Below are positions 1-13,240 of a stretch of 64,000 bases of DNA, piece by piece. The notes below the pieces were generated by a model, which worked only from the letters and a program-made list of their open reading frames with translations, was not told where the DNA came from and did not search any database. A program made the position numbers and the translations under genes. Every line of letters starts with the position of its first letter. Within the stretch, counting starts at the first letter, position 1. The stretch is from Octopus vulgaris (lineage: Eukaryota), in the NCBI GenBank assembly GCA_951406725.2, contig OX597830.1, positions 44,268,001 through 44,332,000 on the forward strand. The letters are read 5' to 3'.

Positions 1-1039
1 ATGCACAGAAATAAAGTAGATAAGAGCATAAAAAAAAATATATATATTTAAAAAAAAAAACACTGGTGATAAAACCTCTTACAGGTAAAGTGAAGGATCA
101 AGAAATAAGTATTAAAAATCATGCGAAGATTGTAAAGTAGTGCTGGTCTGGTTCACAAAAGTATGTATATATATATGGAAAGATAGTGAAAGAGAGAGAG
201 AGAGAGAGAGAAATAATAATGTTCAGGTATGTTTTGTAAAGATATTAAAAGAAAAAGGATAAAGTATAGAAGAAAGAAATTTTTTAAAATCAAACAAAAC
301 CTTTTAAAGAATCGAAAACACAAATACTTTGTAAACTTCAATAAACTGTTTATAATGAAGATATTTAAATAAATATTTAGCAATTTAACTCAAATATTTC
401 TTAATACACTGTTCTTAAAAATTCACCTTCACTAAATTAATTCCAATATAAAGCAACGAGGAAGTGTTTGTTCACAAAAACTGGATGTTATCACGTGTGT
501 GGCATACATTACTTCTAAGTGTCACAGTTGAATAAAGGTTGTTCGATGTAGCAAAGCTTTGCAGGGAAATTTTTCTGTATTAAGTCACAATTACTAACCA
601 ATTTTTATGTTAAATTCAGAACTAATCTTCAAACTTCTGTTTTCTTTAGTACAGTAGTTCTTAAACTTTTTCAGGTTGCTGTCCCTTTGGTTCTAAGGCC
701 ACATTCCTAGTGGCCTTTGAATCTTTGTCGCTTTGGTTCTAAGGTCACATTCCTAGTAGCCTTAGAATCTTCACAGACATGCACCATTTTCTGCAGCAAA
801 TTCAAAACAACTGCATTTCACAAATAAAACAATCTAATTAACCCTCCATTTTGTTTGTTTTTCTGCATCCATTGCCTCATTTTGGTCACCCCATTATCTC
901 CCCATCTTCCTTCAACACTTCCCAATACCACACACTTAGTATTCCACTGCAAAATTGTATTTAACAATACATAAGGGACCAGTTCTTGTTATTGTGCATG
1001 TTGGGATCTTTAATTATTACATGTTCCAATCCATGGCTC

Positions 1040-1190
1040 ATTACTCCATGCTCACAAGGCTTCATCAAACAAAAGGAAGTGGAAGCATCAGTGAAGGAGT
1101 TCTTTGTTTCACAGGATGAGAACTGGAATCAGTGTTGGATTAAAGAACTGACAAATAAAGCAAGTGAGTTACCAAAATATTGCAAAACCT
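1040..1190 (+). mobile_element. Mariner transposase C-terminal remnant
   Basis: EVEASVKEFFVSQDENW...IKEL resembles the mariner C-terminus. Confidence 0.55.
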
Positions 1191-2116
1191 TCCTACACAA
1201 CACAATATGATGCTGATGGCATGACAAGGTACAAAGCAGTGGCATTGTGGTAACGCGACATCAAAATAACACAGAATGGCATAAAGATACTCTGAATGTA
1301 GTGGAATTCAGGCACCATGGAGTAGCGGGAAAATTCCTTGCAAACTGTTTTATTTTCTCAGCTGGAAATATTCATCTGAAAATCTCTAATAGTCTTAGGA
1401 AAGGTGTAAATGTGACAACTTGGATTTTCCTATCCACTTTCAACAGATTATGAAAAGTGAAGCTTATTTGGGAAGGTAATGGAACAACGAGTTCAGTAGA
1501 ATCTTCCTAAAGACTTCTATAACATCACACGAGACAGCTTTGCATTTAGACTCTGCAGTAAGATGGAGGTAATAAATATTCTTGGTAAAAGAATTGTGGT
1601 GTGTGCCTCGGCTTTTTTCATTGAAGACATTTGATAACATACACAATCATTATGCTGAGAGTTGCTGAAGCATGGAACAAACTGCCGGCATCAGTTGTTA
1701 GTTGACGGAGCACTGCATCCTTCAAAACTTCCATGCTTCCTGAGATTCGCCAACACTACACTTGATTTTCTCCCCTCCATACACACACAAGCATGTATCT
1801 GACTCATACATTGTTCGCTTTCCAGACATTTCTACATTTCTGCATGTACTTTATATGCACTTTCTGACAGGTTGTGGCGCACCTGAGCACTTATTCAATA
1901 ATTTCATTATTATTATTATTATTATGCAAATTACACATTCACACATAATTATTATATTTCTACGTTTATAGATATTCACACACAATGTATTTTAGTGTTT
2001 CTATTTTTAGCATTTATCATTGTCATCACATATATTCAACCATTTATTTATGTTGCCATTTATAGTACTACTCCTTTATTTAATGGAAATATATCTTCTG
2101 CCTTCTCCTCCTTGTT

Positions 2117-2235
2117 GTCATCATCATCATCTTTATCATCGTCATTGTCACCATCGTTGTCATTGTCATCATCTTTGTCGTCACCATCATCATGATCGTC
2201 ATTGCCATCATCGTTTTTGTCATCATCATCATCAT
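2117..2235. repeat. (CAT/CGT)n microsatellite; many other (CA)n, (TA)n, (AAT)n and (GATA/GACA)n tracts, e.g. 16885-17090, 43385-43510, 53163-53212
   Basis: Directly visible. Confidence 0.95.
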
Positions 2236-2505
2236 TTGTTTTTGTGTTTTTGCTTTCTCTTTCCATGCTGATATCCGTTGCACAGGTCTGTGAAAACAGC
2301 ATTCCTACAGAACACATTGATTCTGCATCATTGAAATTGTGAAACCGAATGTCCTCAGATCAAACATGGTTCTTTCCTCCCAAATTCTTCACCTGCTAAC
2401 TTCCATTCCTATTTTTCTTTTCTCCATCTTTTCGAAGTTATGCCTCATCTATTCATATTAATAACAAAAATGGCTTTGATGAAATAATTCTGAGACAATA
2501 TTTAC

Positions 2506-2634
2506 CTGGTGAACTTCTTCTGTAAATATTCCAATCACCCACACAAGAAGAAGCCATTCAAGAACAGAAATATGCTGTTCAAGTTCAACAAGTACGACGT
2601 AGCTATAAATGCCAAGGAAGATCATGTAAAATAT
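2506..2634 (-). CDS. TRPM: TRPM exon (S1-S2): IFYMIFLGIYSYVVLVELEQHISVLEWLLLVWVIGIFTEEVHQ
   Basis: Splice sites ttccag|...cag|gtaaat; 129 nt, phase 0 to 0. Ends in the S2 EExxQ motif that contributes Ca2+ ligands in TRPM2/4/5/8. Confidence 0.94.
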
Positions 2635-3345
2635 CTGGAAATAAAAGAATTGAAGCATTTTATGTAAGACAGAAAACCATAAAGAATTTAAAAAAAAAAC
2701 AAAGCTAAGTTTTTCCCCAAAATATACTTGCTAAATATTTCACGAACATCTTATGAATAAGAGGAGTTGTGTGCATGTGAGTGTGTGTGTGTGTATGTCT
2801 GTATATGCGTATGTGTGTCTGAGTGTGTGTGTGTGTGTGTGTATGTGTTTGTCTGTGTGTATGTGCATACATATGTGTGTGAATGTATTTGTGTGTATGT
2901 CATTTTTGGGTTCCCCTGAGACTGACAGGAGAAAAGGTGAAAGTTGTTCTCAAACCAGAGATCTATCCAAAGTTTTCACCTTATGGTGAACTCTGCCACT
3001 GGCAAACAAGGAAAACAAGGCAAATGGTGCTAAACCAGGTGATGGATTCAGTTTACAACCTACAACCTGGAATGCAAAGTGATAGAGCAAACACCACAAG
3101 GTAACAAATCCATCCATTACTCTGATAAATCCTCAAATCCCCAATCGTGGACGGGTACCGAATATATTTTATCCACCCCCCACTACCATCAAAAAGGGAA
3201 CAAAAAAAAAAACGATGAAAAGCAGGGTTGACTTTTGTCTGGATCTGAACTGGGACTGTAGAGCGTCAGAATAATCTCTGCCAGGAATTTTTGTCCTCCA
3301 CCCTAACAATTCTCTGCCTGGATCTCATAGCCTGTGTGCACTTAA

Positions 3346-3862
3346 CACGTTGGCTCCCACACGTCCTGCCAGTGGGTCGTGTGGTATGCTAGTGAGTCAC
3401 TCCCGGCCCACCAGCAGGTCATTTCTTAAATTCTTTCCTTTGGACTTTCTGAGAGCTGGAATGCTCCAATTGCTTTGATTTGTGCTTTTGCTACACTAAG
3501 AGAACAAGTTTTTTAATAGATTTTGTATATTTTTTTGGTTTTTCTTCTGATTTCTCCATGTAATGAGGTAAAATAAAAGATTGAGTATTGAGAAAATTCT
3601 ATCTGCCATTGAAACAAAAATAGTTCTTTTTGAAGAAATTGGTAGATTTTCCCCCCAAAAAACCCCAAAAACAGAAAGGAATGAAAAATATTTTACTTGC
3701 CATGTAAAACCAAAATAGTTCTTTTTGAAAAGATTTCGAGATCTTCCAAAAGAAAATATCCCCAAGTTTTAATTGACCACGAGTAGGTCGTGTGGTATCT
3801 AGGATGAAATATGAACTAGAGTACCACACGACCCTCCGGTGGGACGTGGGTATCCAACATTA
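3346..3862. mobile_element. MITE with ~45-bp imperfect TIRs and GGTCGTGTGGTA subterminal repeats
   Basis: The inverted pair at 3346-3393 and 3817-3862 is visible; TTAA at the left end. Confidence 0.6.
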
Positions 3863-4914
3863 CCTATGTAATCTTTGCCTCACAAATGGTTAATTAAGAT
3901 ATTGTATTGCGACTCTAAGATAAGTGAAGCTCGTGATCCAACGTGTTAACATGGTGAAACTCGGTTTTTGAGGGCAACTGATCCTAAGGAAAAAGTTGTT
4001 TTCAAACCCAATTGGGGTAATTATAGCAGAATTGCCTTTATTGTAAACATTTAAACACGCGTCTTCAGTCTGATGGTAGACGACTCCAGTATGGTCTACG
4101 TCAGTGAATTGCGATTTCTTCTTCCTTTCCCTCATATAGCCGATTTCTGGTTCTATACAAAATGTCATTAGTATTGTCTTTCCGTCTCTCATTAGGAAGG
4201 TAGGAAGGGTGAGAAGCTACAACTGTGATTGTTAAGTTTTAAAGTCCCAGTTGCTGAGCGATTTACTGAAGTTGTTTACATAAGTTACCTCCCTTGTTTT
4301 GTGAGTTTGTATCACCAAGTTTTATCCCATTTTTCGACCTGGCAGAATCGTTAGCGCATCAGACTTGGCAGCATTTCGTCCGGCTATACGTTCTAAGTTC
4401 AAATTTCACCGAGGTCAACTTTGCCTTTCATCCTTCCGTGGTCGATAAAAAAAAGTACCAAGGCCTGAAATTTTGGGGTAGGGCCTAGTACTCAGATCTT
4501 TTATGAGCATGTCCACAAATGGCAGAAGCATTGTTTAGGGAAAATATTCTCTCTTCCCAACCACATGGTTCCAGGTTCAGTCCCACTGCGTGGCACCTTG
4601 GGCAAGTGTCTTCTACTATAGCCCTGGGCCTTGTGAGTGGATTTGGTAGGCTGTAAGTCATAAATCCGAAAGAGAAGCATACTATAAACCATAGAGCAGC
4701 AGAATATTTAGATGAAAATAGTTTTGGTTGATTCATAGAATTAGCCAGAGTTTTGTGCCCATAATGCACTTGGCTTTGCATAGGTCTTGTCAGACTCTAA
4801 TGGTCAGGAAAACACTTAAAGGAATTGCTTTAGCATGACCACAGTGTAATGAACGAAACCATTAACAAAAGAATAGAAAATATGTATTTGAAATGTTTAA
4901 ATGTAAATACCAAC

Positions 4915-4990
4915 CAAATTTCCAAAAAATGTTATGACAGGAGTGTTATAGAATAACAGGAGTCTACTGAACATCTTGGAACATGTATTC
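4915..4990 (-). CDS. TRPM: TRPM exon: NTCSKMFSRLLLFYNTPVITFFGNL
   Basis: Splice sites ttccag|...|gttggt; 76 nt, phase 2 to 0; FYxxP..xF..N motif preceding S1. Confidence 0.9.
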
Positions 4991-5037
4991 CTGGAACAAG
5001 AATTTGAAGAATTTTATTTCATTAATGGAATTAATAT

Positions 5038-5071
<34 letters not shown>

Positions 5072-5499
5072 GTAAATTTAAAATAAAGGAAAAACCAGCA
5101 AAAGTCAATTGGAGGCACACAGTGAATATATTAGAATGGTGCTCAGTGGAAGTTAAAAATGGAAAAATAGGGGCAGAAATAATGTTCTGAGCATGGCACT
5201 TTGTCGGAAAGAGTCCAGAGAAGAGGAAAAGCAAGAAGGAGCAGGCAGTGTGAGAGAAGCTCATGAGTTGTTACATAGCTGGAGAAGCAAGTAGAGTTGC
5301 TTGAGAAAGGAATGAAGATCAAGCATGGTGATGAAGTGGATGTGTAGAGAGGAGTGTGAGAGAGGAGGTAAGAAAAGGGTCAGTCTAAGGAAGGAGGAGG
5401 AGGAAGAAAGGAGAAAGAATGACAGATGAATGAAAGTGATTCACAGTCGTTGGTACAGAATCACATAGTACACTGTGTTCATGTTTATTTGTCTCTTAT

Positions 5500-6100
5500 G
5501 GACTGACTTTTGTTCTCAGATATCTGCATTACTGCTCTCAGCTGCAGTCACTGCAGAGTGTCAAACTGGTGGTGGAACTTGAAGCAATCCAGCATCACTA
5601 CACAAAGAAGATTGACTTGGTGAAACAGATGAACCGTGGGGAAAGGCTAAAGGAAGAGAAACTCTACTCTCAAGAAAGAAGGCACGAAATGTATGCAGTA
5701 ATATATATATGGAAGTCCCTGGAAGATCTTGCTCCAAACTTTGGAATTGAAAGTTATATAAACAACCAAACTGGTTGACATTGCATAGTGGCAGAGCTCC
5801 TGCCTTCTCCATTGAGAATAAGGACCCAGTAACAGCTTGGGTTTCAAAGGTCCACAACTACTCAACATTCTGTCAAACAACCTCAGAGATTTGTGAAGTG
5901 TAGATGTGGAGATCTTCAAAGAGTGTCTGTACAGATTTTTTTTCTGAGATACCAGATGAACCCATATTGTGGAAGGCGGCAACAAAGAAAACTAGCTCTG
6001 TTCAACTTGTTGCATAACCAGCAACAGTACAAGAATGAAACCTAATCACATTGAAAAGCAGTGTTCCAGCATGGCCTCAGCATCTGGCCGAAACTAGTAA
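5500..6100 (+). mobile_element. CR1-like LINE 3' fragment
   Basis: YCSQL...LEAIQHHYTKKI...ERLKEEKLYSQERRHEMYAVIYIWK matches the CR1/L2-type ORF2 C-terminus. Confidence 0.75.
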
Positions 6101-6499
6101 AATATATATATTAAGTTCATGCATATCTGTTAATCGTCTCGTATATATTTATTCAAGTTTATCATATCATATAACTCATCTCTTTAAATTTGTCACAGAG
6201 TGGCTGACCGGAAATTCTAAGATTTTTCAATGCTATTTCACTATTATCGGCATTTGCTGTTTCATTAAATTATGTTATCCAAAATTCCAAAGAATACTTT
6301 TTCTCCCTCGTGTTCTGTGCTTGACCACCATAACTCTGACCCCTCTCTCTCGCTCTCTGTCTTTTGATTTACCACTTGATTTGCCAACGCCTCCCACCCT
6401 CCTCCACCATCCCTACCCTTTATAAACTAGCGCATGCACTCTGATTCCCCTACTCGACTTTTAATAACTCCCCCCGAAAGTATAGAAATCCAGAAGATG

Positions 6500-8623
6500 C
6501 TCTTGTCCAAATTTGCTGGCTCGCGGTACATCCGCCCTCCCACACCCTCCATCTATACCGAAAGTTCCTATCCTTTGTCATCCTTCTAAAGGTTTAACAC
6601 CATCCCCACCCCTACCTAGGGTTTATCAATCATATAGTGCATAGAAATGATAGTGTAGTGTATGCAGGTTGAAGGCTACAGTTTGTTTATGAATTCTGCT
6701 AAATGCGAGGGACACTGCTGTCCCTCATCCCAGGGTTTCACGGGCCCTCACCTCCCACAGAGCTGGCACACTCAACGTCGGCATACTGAAAGGTAGGTCT
6801 GGTGAGATCGTTGAGATGCTTGAATGGAGATGTGTCGATTTGTGCTGCCTTCAAGAAGTAAGGTGGAGAGGAGGTTCCGCTAGATTCCTCACAGGCAAAG
6901 AACACAGGTGCAAGATTTTCTGGACAGGGAACACTAACAGGGTCGAGGGCGTGGGTATACTTCTTGTGGAGAAATGGGTTGATAAGGTAATCGAGGTACT
7001 CAGAGTATGTAACAGAATACTTAAGATTGGATTTGTGCCTCATCATAGTTTAGCAGCTATTATCTCGGCCTATGCCCCTCAACCAGGGCTACCTGATGGG
7101 CAGAAAGACCACTTTTATGACACCCTCTTGCAGACTACCTCGTTGACGAATGATAGGGACCTTCTCTTTGTGGCTGGTGACTTCAATGGACATGTTGAAC
7201 AACATGCAGGAGGCTTCCATGGAGGTTATGGTTTTGGTTCCCGCAATGAAGAAGGAACCACACTGCTGGAGTTCTGCGATGCAAATGATCTTATGGTTTG
7301 CAATACCAACTTCAGGAAACCTGACAGTCACCTAGGTACCTACCGTTCTGGCAGACACACTAGCCAAATTGACTACATCCTCACCAGAAAAAGAGAAAGA
7401 TGGCTGCTGATAAATGCCAAAACATTCCCAGAAGAATGTATCTCTCAACATAGACTAGTAGTTAGTGACTTCAGGATCAGGGCTAAATGGATGCCCAGAA
7501 GATGACCAGCATGGAGGAGAAGGGTCTGAAAGCTTAAAGATCCTGCAAATGGACAGAGATTTAGAGATATATTACTCAAAACCTTTGACGAAATAGAAGG
7601 GGATATAGCATCACATGATGTGGAAGACAACTGGGGGTTCCTACAGGACAACCTGCTGAGAGCCACTGACCAGATCTGTGGATGGTGCAAAGTCCCCTTT
7701 CAACCCAAAGTAACGTGGTTGTGGAACAATGTGGTTGACAGGGCTATTAGAAAAAAGAAACAGGCTTGGAAGGACTGGAAGAACGGTGGTAGCAGGGAAT
7801 TGTATCAGACTGCCAGAAGGGAAGCTAGGAGACAAGTTTATTTAGCCAGAAGGGAAGCAGATAAGAAAAAATTTGCCAATGTTCTGTACCATGAGAGAAT
7901 TGTGATGTTGTAGGAGAGAAATGTGTCCGCATGGATTATGGTTCACTTGCACTAAATGAGGCTGCAATGAGAGAGGTTTGCAGATGCCACTATGAAAAGT
8001 TGCTCAATAAAGAGAATGAATGGGAGAAAGAGAATCTGCTGAATGTTGACCCAACAGAGGGACCAGCTATCCGAATTGACAGTACCTTGATAGATAAAGC
8101 TATTAAGAATATGAAGATAGGGAAAGCCCCCGGTCCATCAGGAATTACCGCAGAGATACTCAAAATATCCGTTGGTGTCGGCTATAGCCTAGTCACTCAT
8201 ATTGTTAACCAGGTGATACATGAAGGAGTTATACCAAATGACTGGTGTAGCAGCATAATAGTCAACTGCTACAAAGATAAAGGTGACGCTTACAGAGGTA
8301 TCAAGTTGTGCCGGTCGTACGTGAAAAACAACATTCAAGTGAGGGCGTTGCCAGTGCCGCTGGACTGACTCCTGTGCAGGTGACACATAAAAACACCATT
8401 TGAGCATGGCCATTGCCAGTATTGGCTGACTGACCCTCGTGCCTGTGGCACATAAAAGCACCCACTACACTCTTGGAGTGGTTCGCATGAGGAAGGGCAT
8501 CCAGCTGTAGAAACTCTGCCAGATCAGATTGGAGCATGGTGCAGCCTACTGGTTTGCAATACCTCAGTCAAATCGTCCAACCCATGCCAGCATGGAAAGT
8601 GGACGTTAAACGACAATGATGAT
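6500..8623 (+). mobile_element. Degenerate RTE LINE retaining the APE endonuclease and 3'UTR but lacking the RT
   Basis: Motifs CCLQEVRW, GVGI, SAYAPQ, GDFNGH, SQIDYIL, HRLVV, KAPGPSG, with stops and frameshifts. Jumps from YRGIKL (~8307) to the 3'UTR and (GAT)n tail. The 5' boundary is approximate. Confidence 0.9.
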
Positions 8624-9742
8624 TATTAGTAATGAACAGAAGTTACAGATTAATTCAAAGGTTAATTATTAATAATCCTTTCTACTATAGAAATAAAAAA
8701 TAAAAAATAGAATTCATGCTCTGAGTTCTATATTTTCATCTTTGCATCACCAAACTCTCTCTCTCTCACACACACACAGTTACAGTATATTCTATGATGA
8801 AACTAAGTAGAGTACAGTATAAAGCTTGTCCATGTTCAGATTTATCCTGTACTGTCCAGTAGTAGTAGTATTATTATAGATATGTCCAGGTTTGCATTTG
8901 GGCATCTGTCATGTGAATAGATGAATGAAAGAAATTGGAGTCAATGGGAAGGAGTACGGTTGGACATTTATTTTTTAATCCTTACAATCGTTTCTGTGCA
9001 ACATACTCTCCAGGCATGCAAGTACTTGATTGTGCAGCTGTTTCCCAACATTATTAGATCAAGTTGTGAGATCTAATTTTTCAATTACATATATATATAT
9101 ATTTCAAATGATTCCACCACACTAGTCAGACAAGCAGGCCATTATTCACCTTTGGTCAGAAGGTTGTCCTGTTGTAGGGTTGACCATTTTCAGCTGAATG
9201 GACTGGGGCAATGTGAAATGAAGTGTTTTGGTCAAGAACATGGCATGCTGCTTGATCCTGGAATTGAACCCAAAATTTAGCAATCATGAGTGCAACACCC
9301 CTAACTACCTTCGCACCCAACACACACATACATATATATGTATATGTCTGTGTGTGTATGTTTGTGTGAATAATTGTATAAATATGTAAGTAAATATGAA
9401 TATGGTATAAATAGGGAGATTAACTTTTTATACCATATATATGGTATTTATACCTAGTCTATTCTTTCAAAAGCCACACCCATATACACACAAAAAAACG
9501 CATGCCCCGCCCCAGCAAAATTTGAATTTACATGCTAACCATTCTTGTTCATTTTACTTAGTGATACTTTCATCTCTACTTTGGTAAGTAAATACAATTA
9601 AATCTATATTTTACTAATGAAGTCATAATAAGGCTGAAACATATTCATAGTTGTTTCTCTTATTTATTGAAATAATTAAAATAATATTGCCATATTTGAG
9701 TAGAATGTGATTCTCACATTTTGTACTTAGAAGTCAGAAATA

Positions 9743-10999
9743 TTGGATTGGCCAAAAAGTCTGGTTTTTGTCAACATTAAACTTCAAGCATTTTAATAAG
9801 TAGCTAACTTCAGTCAGTCCCTTCTGCATGGACACTTGTTAGGTGTTTAACACTTCAATGTAATTTGACATGCACTTGTAACAAGACAGGTTGCATTTTA
9901 AGTGCTTGGGGAGGGGGTACCCTGATATTGGAGAACCAAAATAAACGTTAATGACACCTCAAGCTTTTTCATTTTAAAAAAAGGCAAGAAAGTGATGGAA
10001 GCCTGCAGGAAAATTTGTGCAGTGTACAGAAAGGATGCTCTTACAAAATGTGTGTGCCAAAAGTGGTTTACTAGATTTGGAAGTTTTTCTGTTCAAAACA
10101 CTCCTTACTCTGGCTGGCCAATGGAGAGTAACAGTGGCACCAACCTTCTTATATGTCCAGAATGATTCAGATATCCCCCAAATATCCTGAGTATTGAAAA
10201 CCGTCTGCATCAACGTGGTTATGCCAGAATGCTTGGTGTCTGGGTCCCACATCAATTGAATGAGGGCAACCTCATCCAGCAGTTTTCCATTGGCAATTCG
10301 TTGCAGAAACATGAAGAAAATTATCCTTTTTTTAAAGAGGATGGTAAGAGAAGACAAAAAATGTATTGTCTATAGCAATGTGAAGTGCAAGCAATCATTA
10401 GGGAAGCACAATGAACCACCACAAACAAAATCCAAAGCAAGAATTCATGCTTTTAATTTGGTGTGACTGAAAGGCTGTTGTCATTTATGAGCTTCTTCTC
10501 ATGGACAGGACTATCGGTTCAGATGTGTTCTATGACCAGCTGGACAAATTGAATGCAGTGATCCATGAGATGCATCCAGCACTTGCTAATCATCAGGGCA
10601 CTGTCTTTCACATTGTCTTCCATCACGACAGTGTTAGGCTGAAAACTTCTTTGTAAAAAGGGCAGAAATTACTAGTGCCCAATTGGGATGTTTTGTCACA
10701 TCCTCCCTATTTGCCAGACCTTGCACCTTGAAAGTTCCACCTGCCTCTGTCACTTTATAGTTTGTTGAATGGACAAACCTTCAACTCTGAAGAGGATGTA
10801 AAAATCTGCCTGAAAGAGTTTATTTACCAGTTAAGACAGAAAATTCTTTGAGCAGAGAATAATTGATCTGCCTGCAAAATGGCAGAAGTTACTGGAATGA
10901 AATGGTAAATATATCATTGACTGAATAAATCTCTTTGTATCTAAAAGTTGTGTCTTATTTTTGCTTAAAAAAACTGAACAGAATTTTTCGCCAACTCAA
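9743..10999 (+). mobile_element. Full-length degenerate mariner element
   Basis: TIRs TTGGATTGGCCAAAAAGTC / GAATTTTTCGCCAACTCAA with TA flanks; remnants of WVPHQL, HHD and HPPYxPDLAP; ~1.26 kb. Confidence 0.88.
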
Positions 11000-11612
11000 T
11001 ATATTTCATCCTTTCTTTTTCTACATTTAAGTGAAATGCTGTTTCCCAGTTTCAACCCTGATGTTTAGTATTAAATTGTTCATAATAATATAAATACATG
11101 TTGTATATACATTTGTGTCGAGACTTGTGGCTTAGTGCTAAGGGTGTTGGACTCATGATGGTAAGATTGTGGTTTCAATTCTTGGAACTGGGCCATGCAT
11201 TGCATTCTTGAGCAAGTCATTTCATTTCACATTGCTCCAGGCCACTCAGTTGGCAAAAATGAGTTTCTCTGTAATGGAATGGTGTCCCATTTAGGGGCGT
11301 GGTGGTGGGGAGTATATATGTCAGAGAATCAGGGCAACTGGTTCTATGAGTCTATATGATCCAGGAAGACACTTTGATCTCTTCTTTTTTTGTGTTCTTT
11401 TTAAATACAGTAGTCATTGACTAATAGTATTTATTTTCCTTCATCGTATAATTATTTCTTGCTGGATCTTTAGTGCTCCTACAATAAGTATATTAAAGCT
11501 AATTTAACTATGACATTTCACTTCCATAAATTATTCACTTAGATAAGAATAAATTTATAATCCATTAACTTATTTTGATAATTCCTTCAATAAGTGACTT
11601 TTGAAGACTGAC

Positions 11613-11663
11613 CTGGGTTTATGCTTAGAAGGATGGCATAACAAAGAAGCAGACTCAGGTATT
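11613..11663 (-). CDS. TRPM: TRPM loop exon: IPESASLLCHPSKHKP(R)
   Basis: Splice sites atttcag|...cag|gtcagt; 51 nt, open in phase 2 to 2. Lies in a variable loop, so there is no motif support. Confidence 0.6.
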
Positions 11664-11981
11664 CTGAAATAATGAGCCATTGAAAACAGAAATCAAATTA
11701 TCGCTTTCTCTGCAAGTTTTGGTGTTTAACACATAACAAAAACACATAATATAACAAAAACACATATAACAAAAACACAATATAACAAAAATAACTCAAA
11801 CAAAAACAAACAAATGAATTTAAATAATAACAAAAATAAGGCATGCAATGTAATATATAAAACATTAATGATATAATAGATGGAATAATAATAATAATAT
11901 TAATAACAAAAATGGATAAATAAACAGAAATGACAGCACAGAAATAAGAAAAAAAGAGAGACACAGACACACATATATATA

Positions 11982-13240
11982 TCATCATCATCATTGTTTA
12001 ACGTCCGCTTTCCATGCTAGCATGGGTTGGATGATTTGACTGAGGACTGGTGAACCAGATGGCTGCACCAGGCTCCAATCTCATCTGGCAGAGTTTCTAT
12101 AGCTGGATGCCCTTCCTAATGCCAACCACTCCGAGATTGTAGTGGGTGCTTTTACATGCATTGGCACGAGGGCCAGTCCAGCGGCACTAGCAACGACTTC
12201 GCTTGAATGTTTTGTTCACGTGCCACCGTCACAGGTGCCAGTAAGTCCATTCTGGTAATGATCACGCTCATATGGTGCTTTTTATGTGCTACCGGCATGG
12301 AAGCCAGACAGCTGCTCTGGCAGTGATCCCATTCGGATGGAGCTGTTAGCGCTCCAATGGCACAGGTGCCAGTCATCGAATTTGGTTCAATTTCGATTTC
12401 ACTTGACCCAACATGTCTTCGCAAGCAGAGTTTAGTGTCAAATGAAGGAAGGTTGGCATGGGTGCCAATCGTCGAATTTGGTTCAATTTCAAATTCGATT
12501 TCACTTGCCTCAACAGGTCTTTGCAAGCAGAGTTTTATGTCCAAAGAAGGAAAGGTACGCATAAGTGGGCTGGCTACATGCCTGGTAAAGGCCACAGGTC
12601 ATGGTCTCACTTGTCTTGCTAGGTCTTCTCATGCACAGCATATTTCCAAAGGTCTTGGTCACTAGTCATTGCCTCGGTGAGGCCTAATGTTCAAAGGTCA
12701 TGCTTCATCACCTCATCCCAGGACTTCTTGAGTCTACCTCTTCCACAGGTTCCCTCAACCACTAGGGTGTGGCACTTTTTCACACAGCTATCAACATCCA
12801 TTCTCACCACATGACCACAACAGCGCAATTGTCTCTCTTGCACACCACATCTGATGCTTCTTAGGTCCAACTTTCCTCTCAAGGTACTTACACTCTGTCA
12901 AGTATGCACACTGACATTACACATCCAGCGGAGAATGCTGGCTTCGTTCTTTGCAAGCTTACGCATGTCCTCAGCAATCACAGCCCATGTAGCATGGCTG
13001 TTCGTACACATGCGTCATACAGTCTGCCTTTTACTCTGAGTGAGAGGCCCTTTGTCACCAGAAGAGGTAGGAGCTCTCTGAACTTTGTCCAGGCTATTCT
13101 TATTCTATCAGCTACACTTTCAGCACACCCTACCCCACTACTGACTTGGTCATCTAGGTAATGGAAGCTATCAACTACTAGTTTTTCCTCCTTGGAATGT
13201 GGCAAAAGTTGTTATCTGCACATTTTCATTGTTTATTGTC
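11982..13240 (-). mobile_element. Older 5'-truncated RTE LINE 3' fragment
   Basis: Homologous to 56636-57880 (RIAWTKFRELLPLL, CGRGRLKKSW); (CAT)n tail. Confidence 0.9.

Noticed and set aside
686-772. ~45-bp direct duplication following a hAT-like end (cagtagttcttaaac)
   Set aside because: An ordinary local duplication in a decayed MITE; no matching second TIR could be identified confidently.
1464-1553. Candidate next TRPM exon after EEVHQ (acceptor-like cttactgcag)
   Set aside because: There is a stop in the required phase 0 and no WNxxD motif; the next exon probably lies beyond the window.
2020-2317. Poly-Asp, poly-His and poly-Ser ORFs just past the S2 exon
   Set aside because: These are translations of a (CAT)n microsatellite, with no acceptor and no TRPM S2-S3 motif.
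6572-6586. 15-nt match (cctttgtcatccttc) to miR-211/204, which vertebrate TRPM1/3 introns host
   Set aside because: It is antisense to TRPM, lies within the 5' region of an RTE copy, has an incomplete seed end and no evident hairpin. Treated as coincidence.
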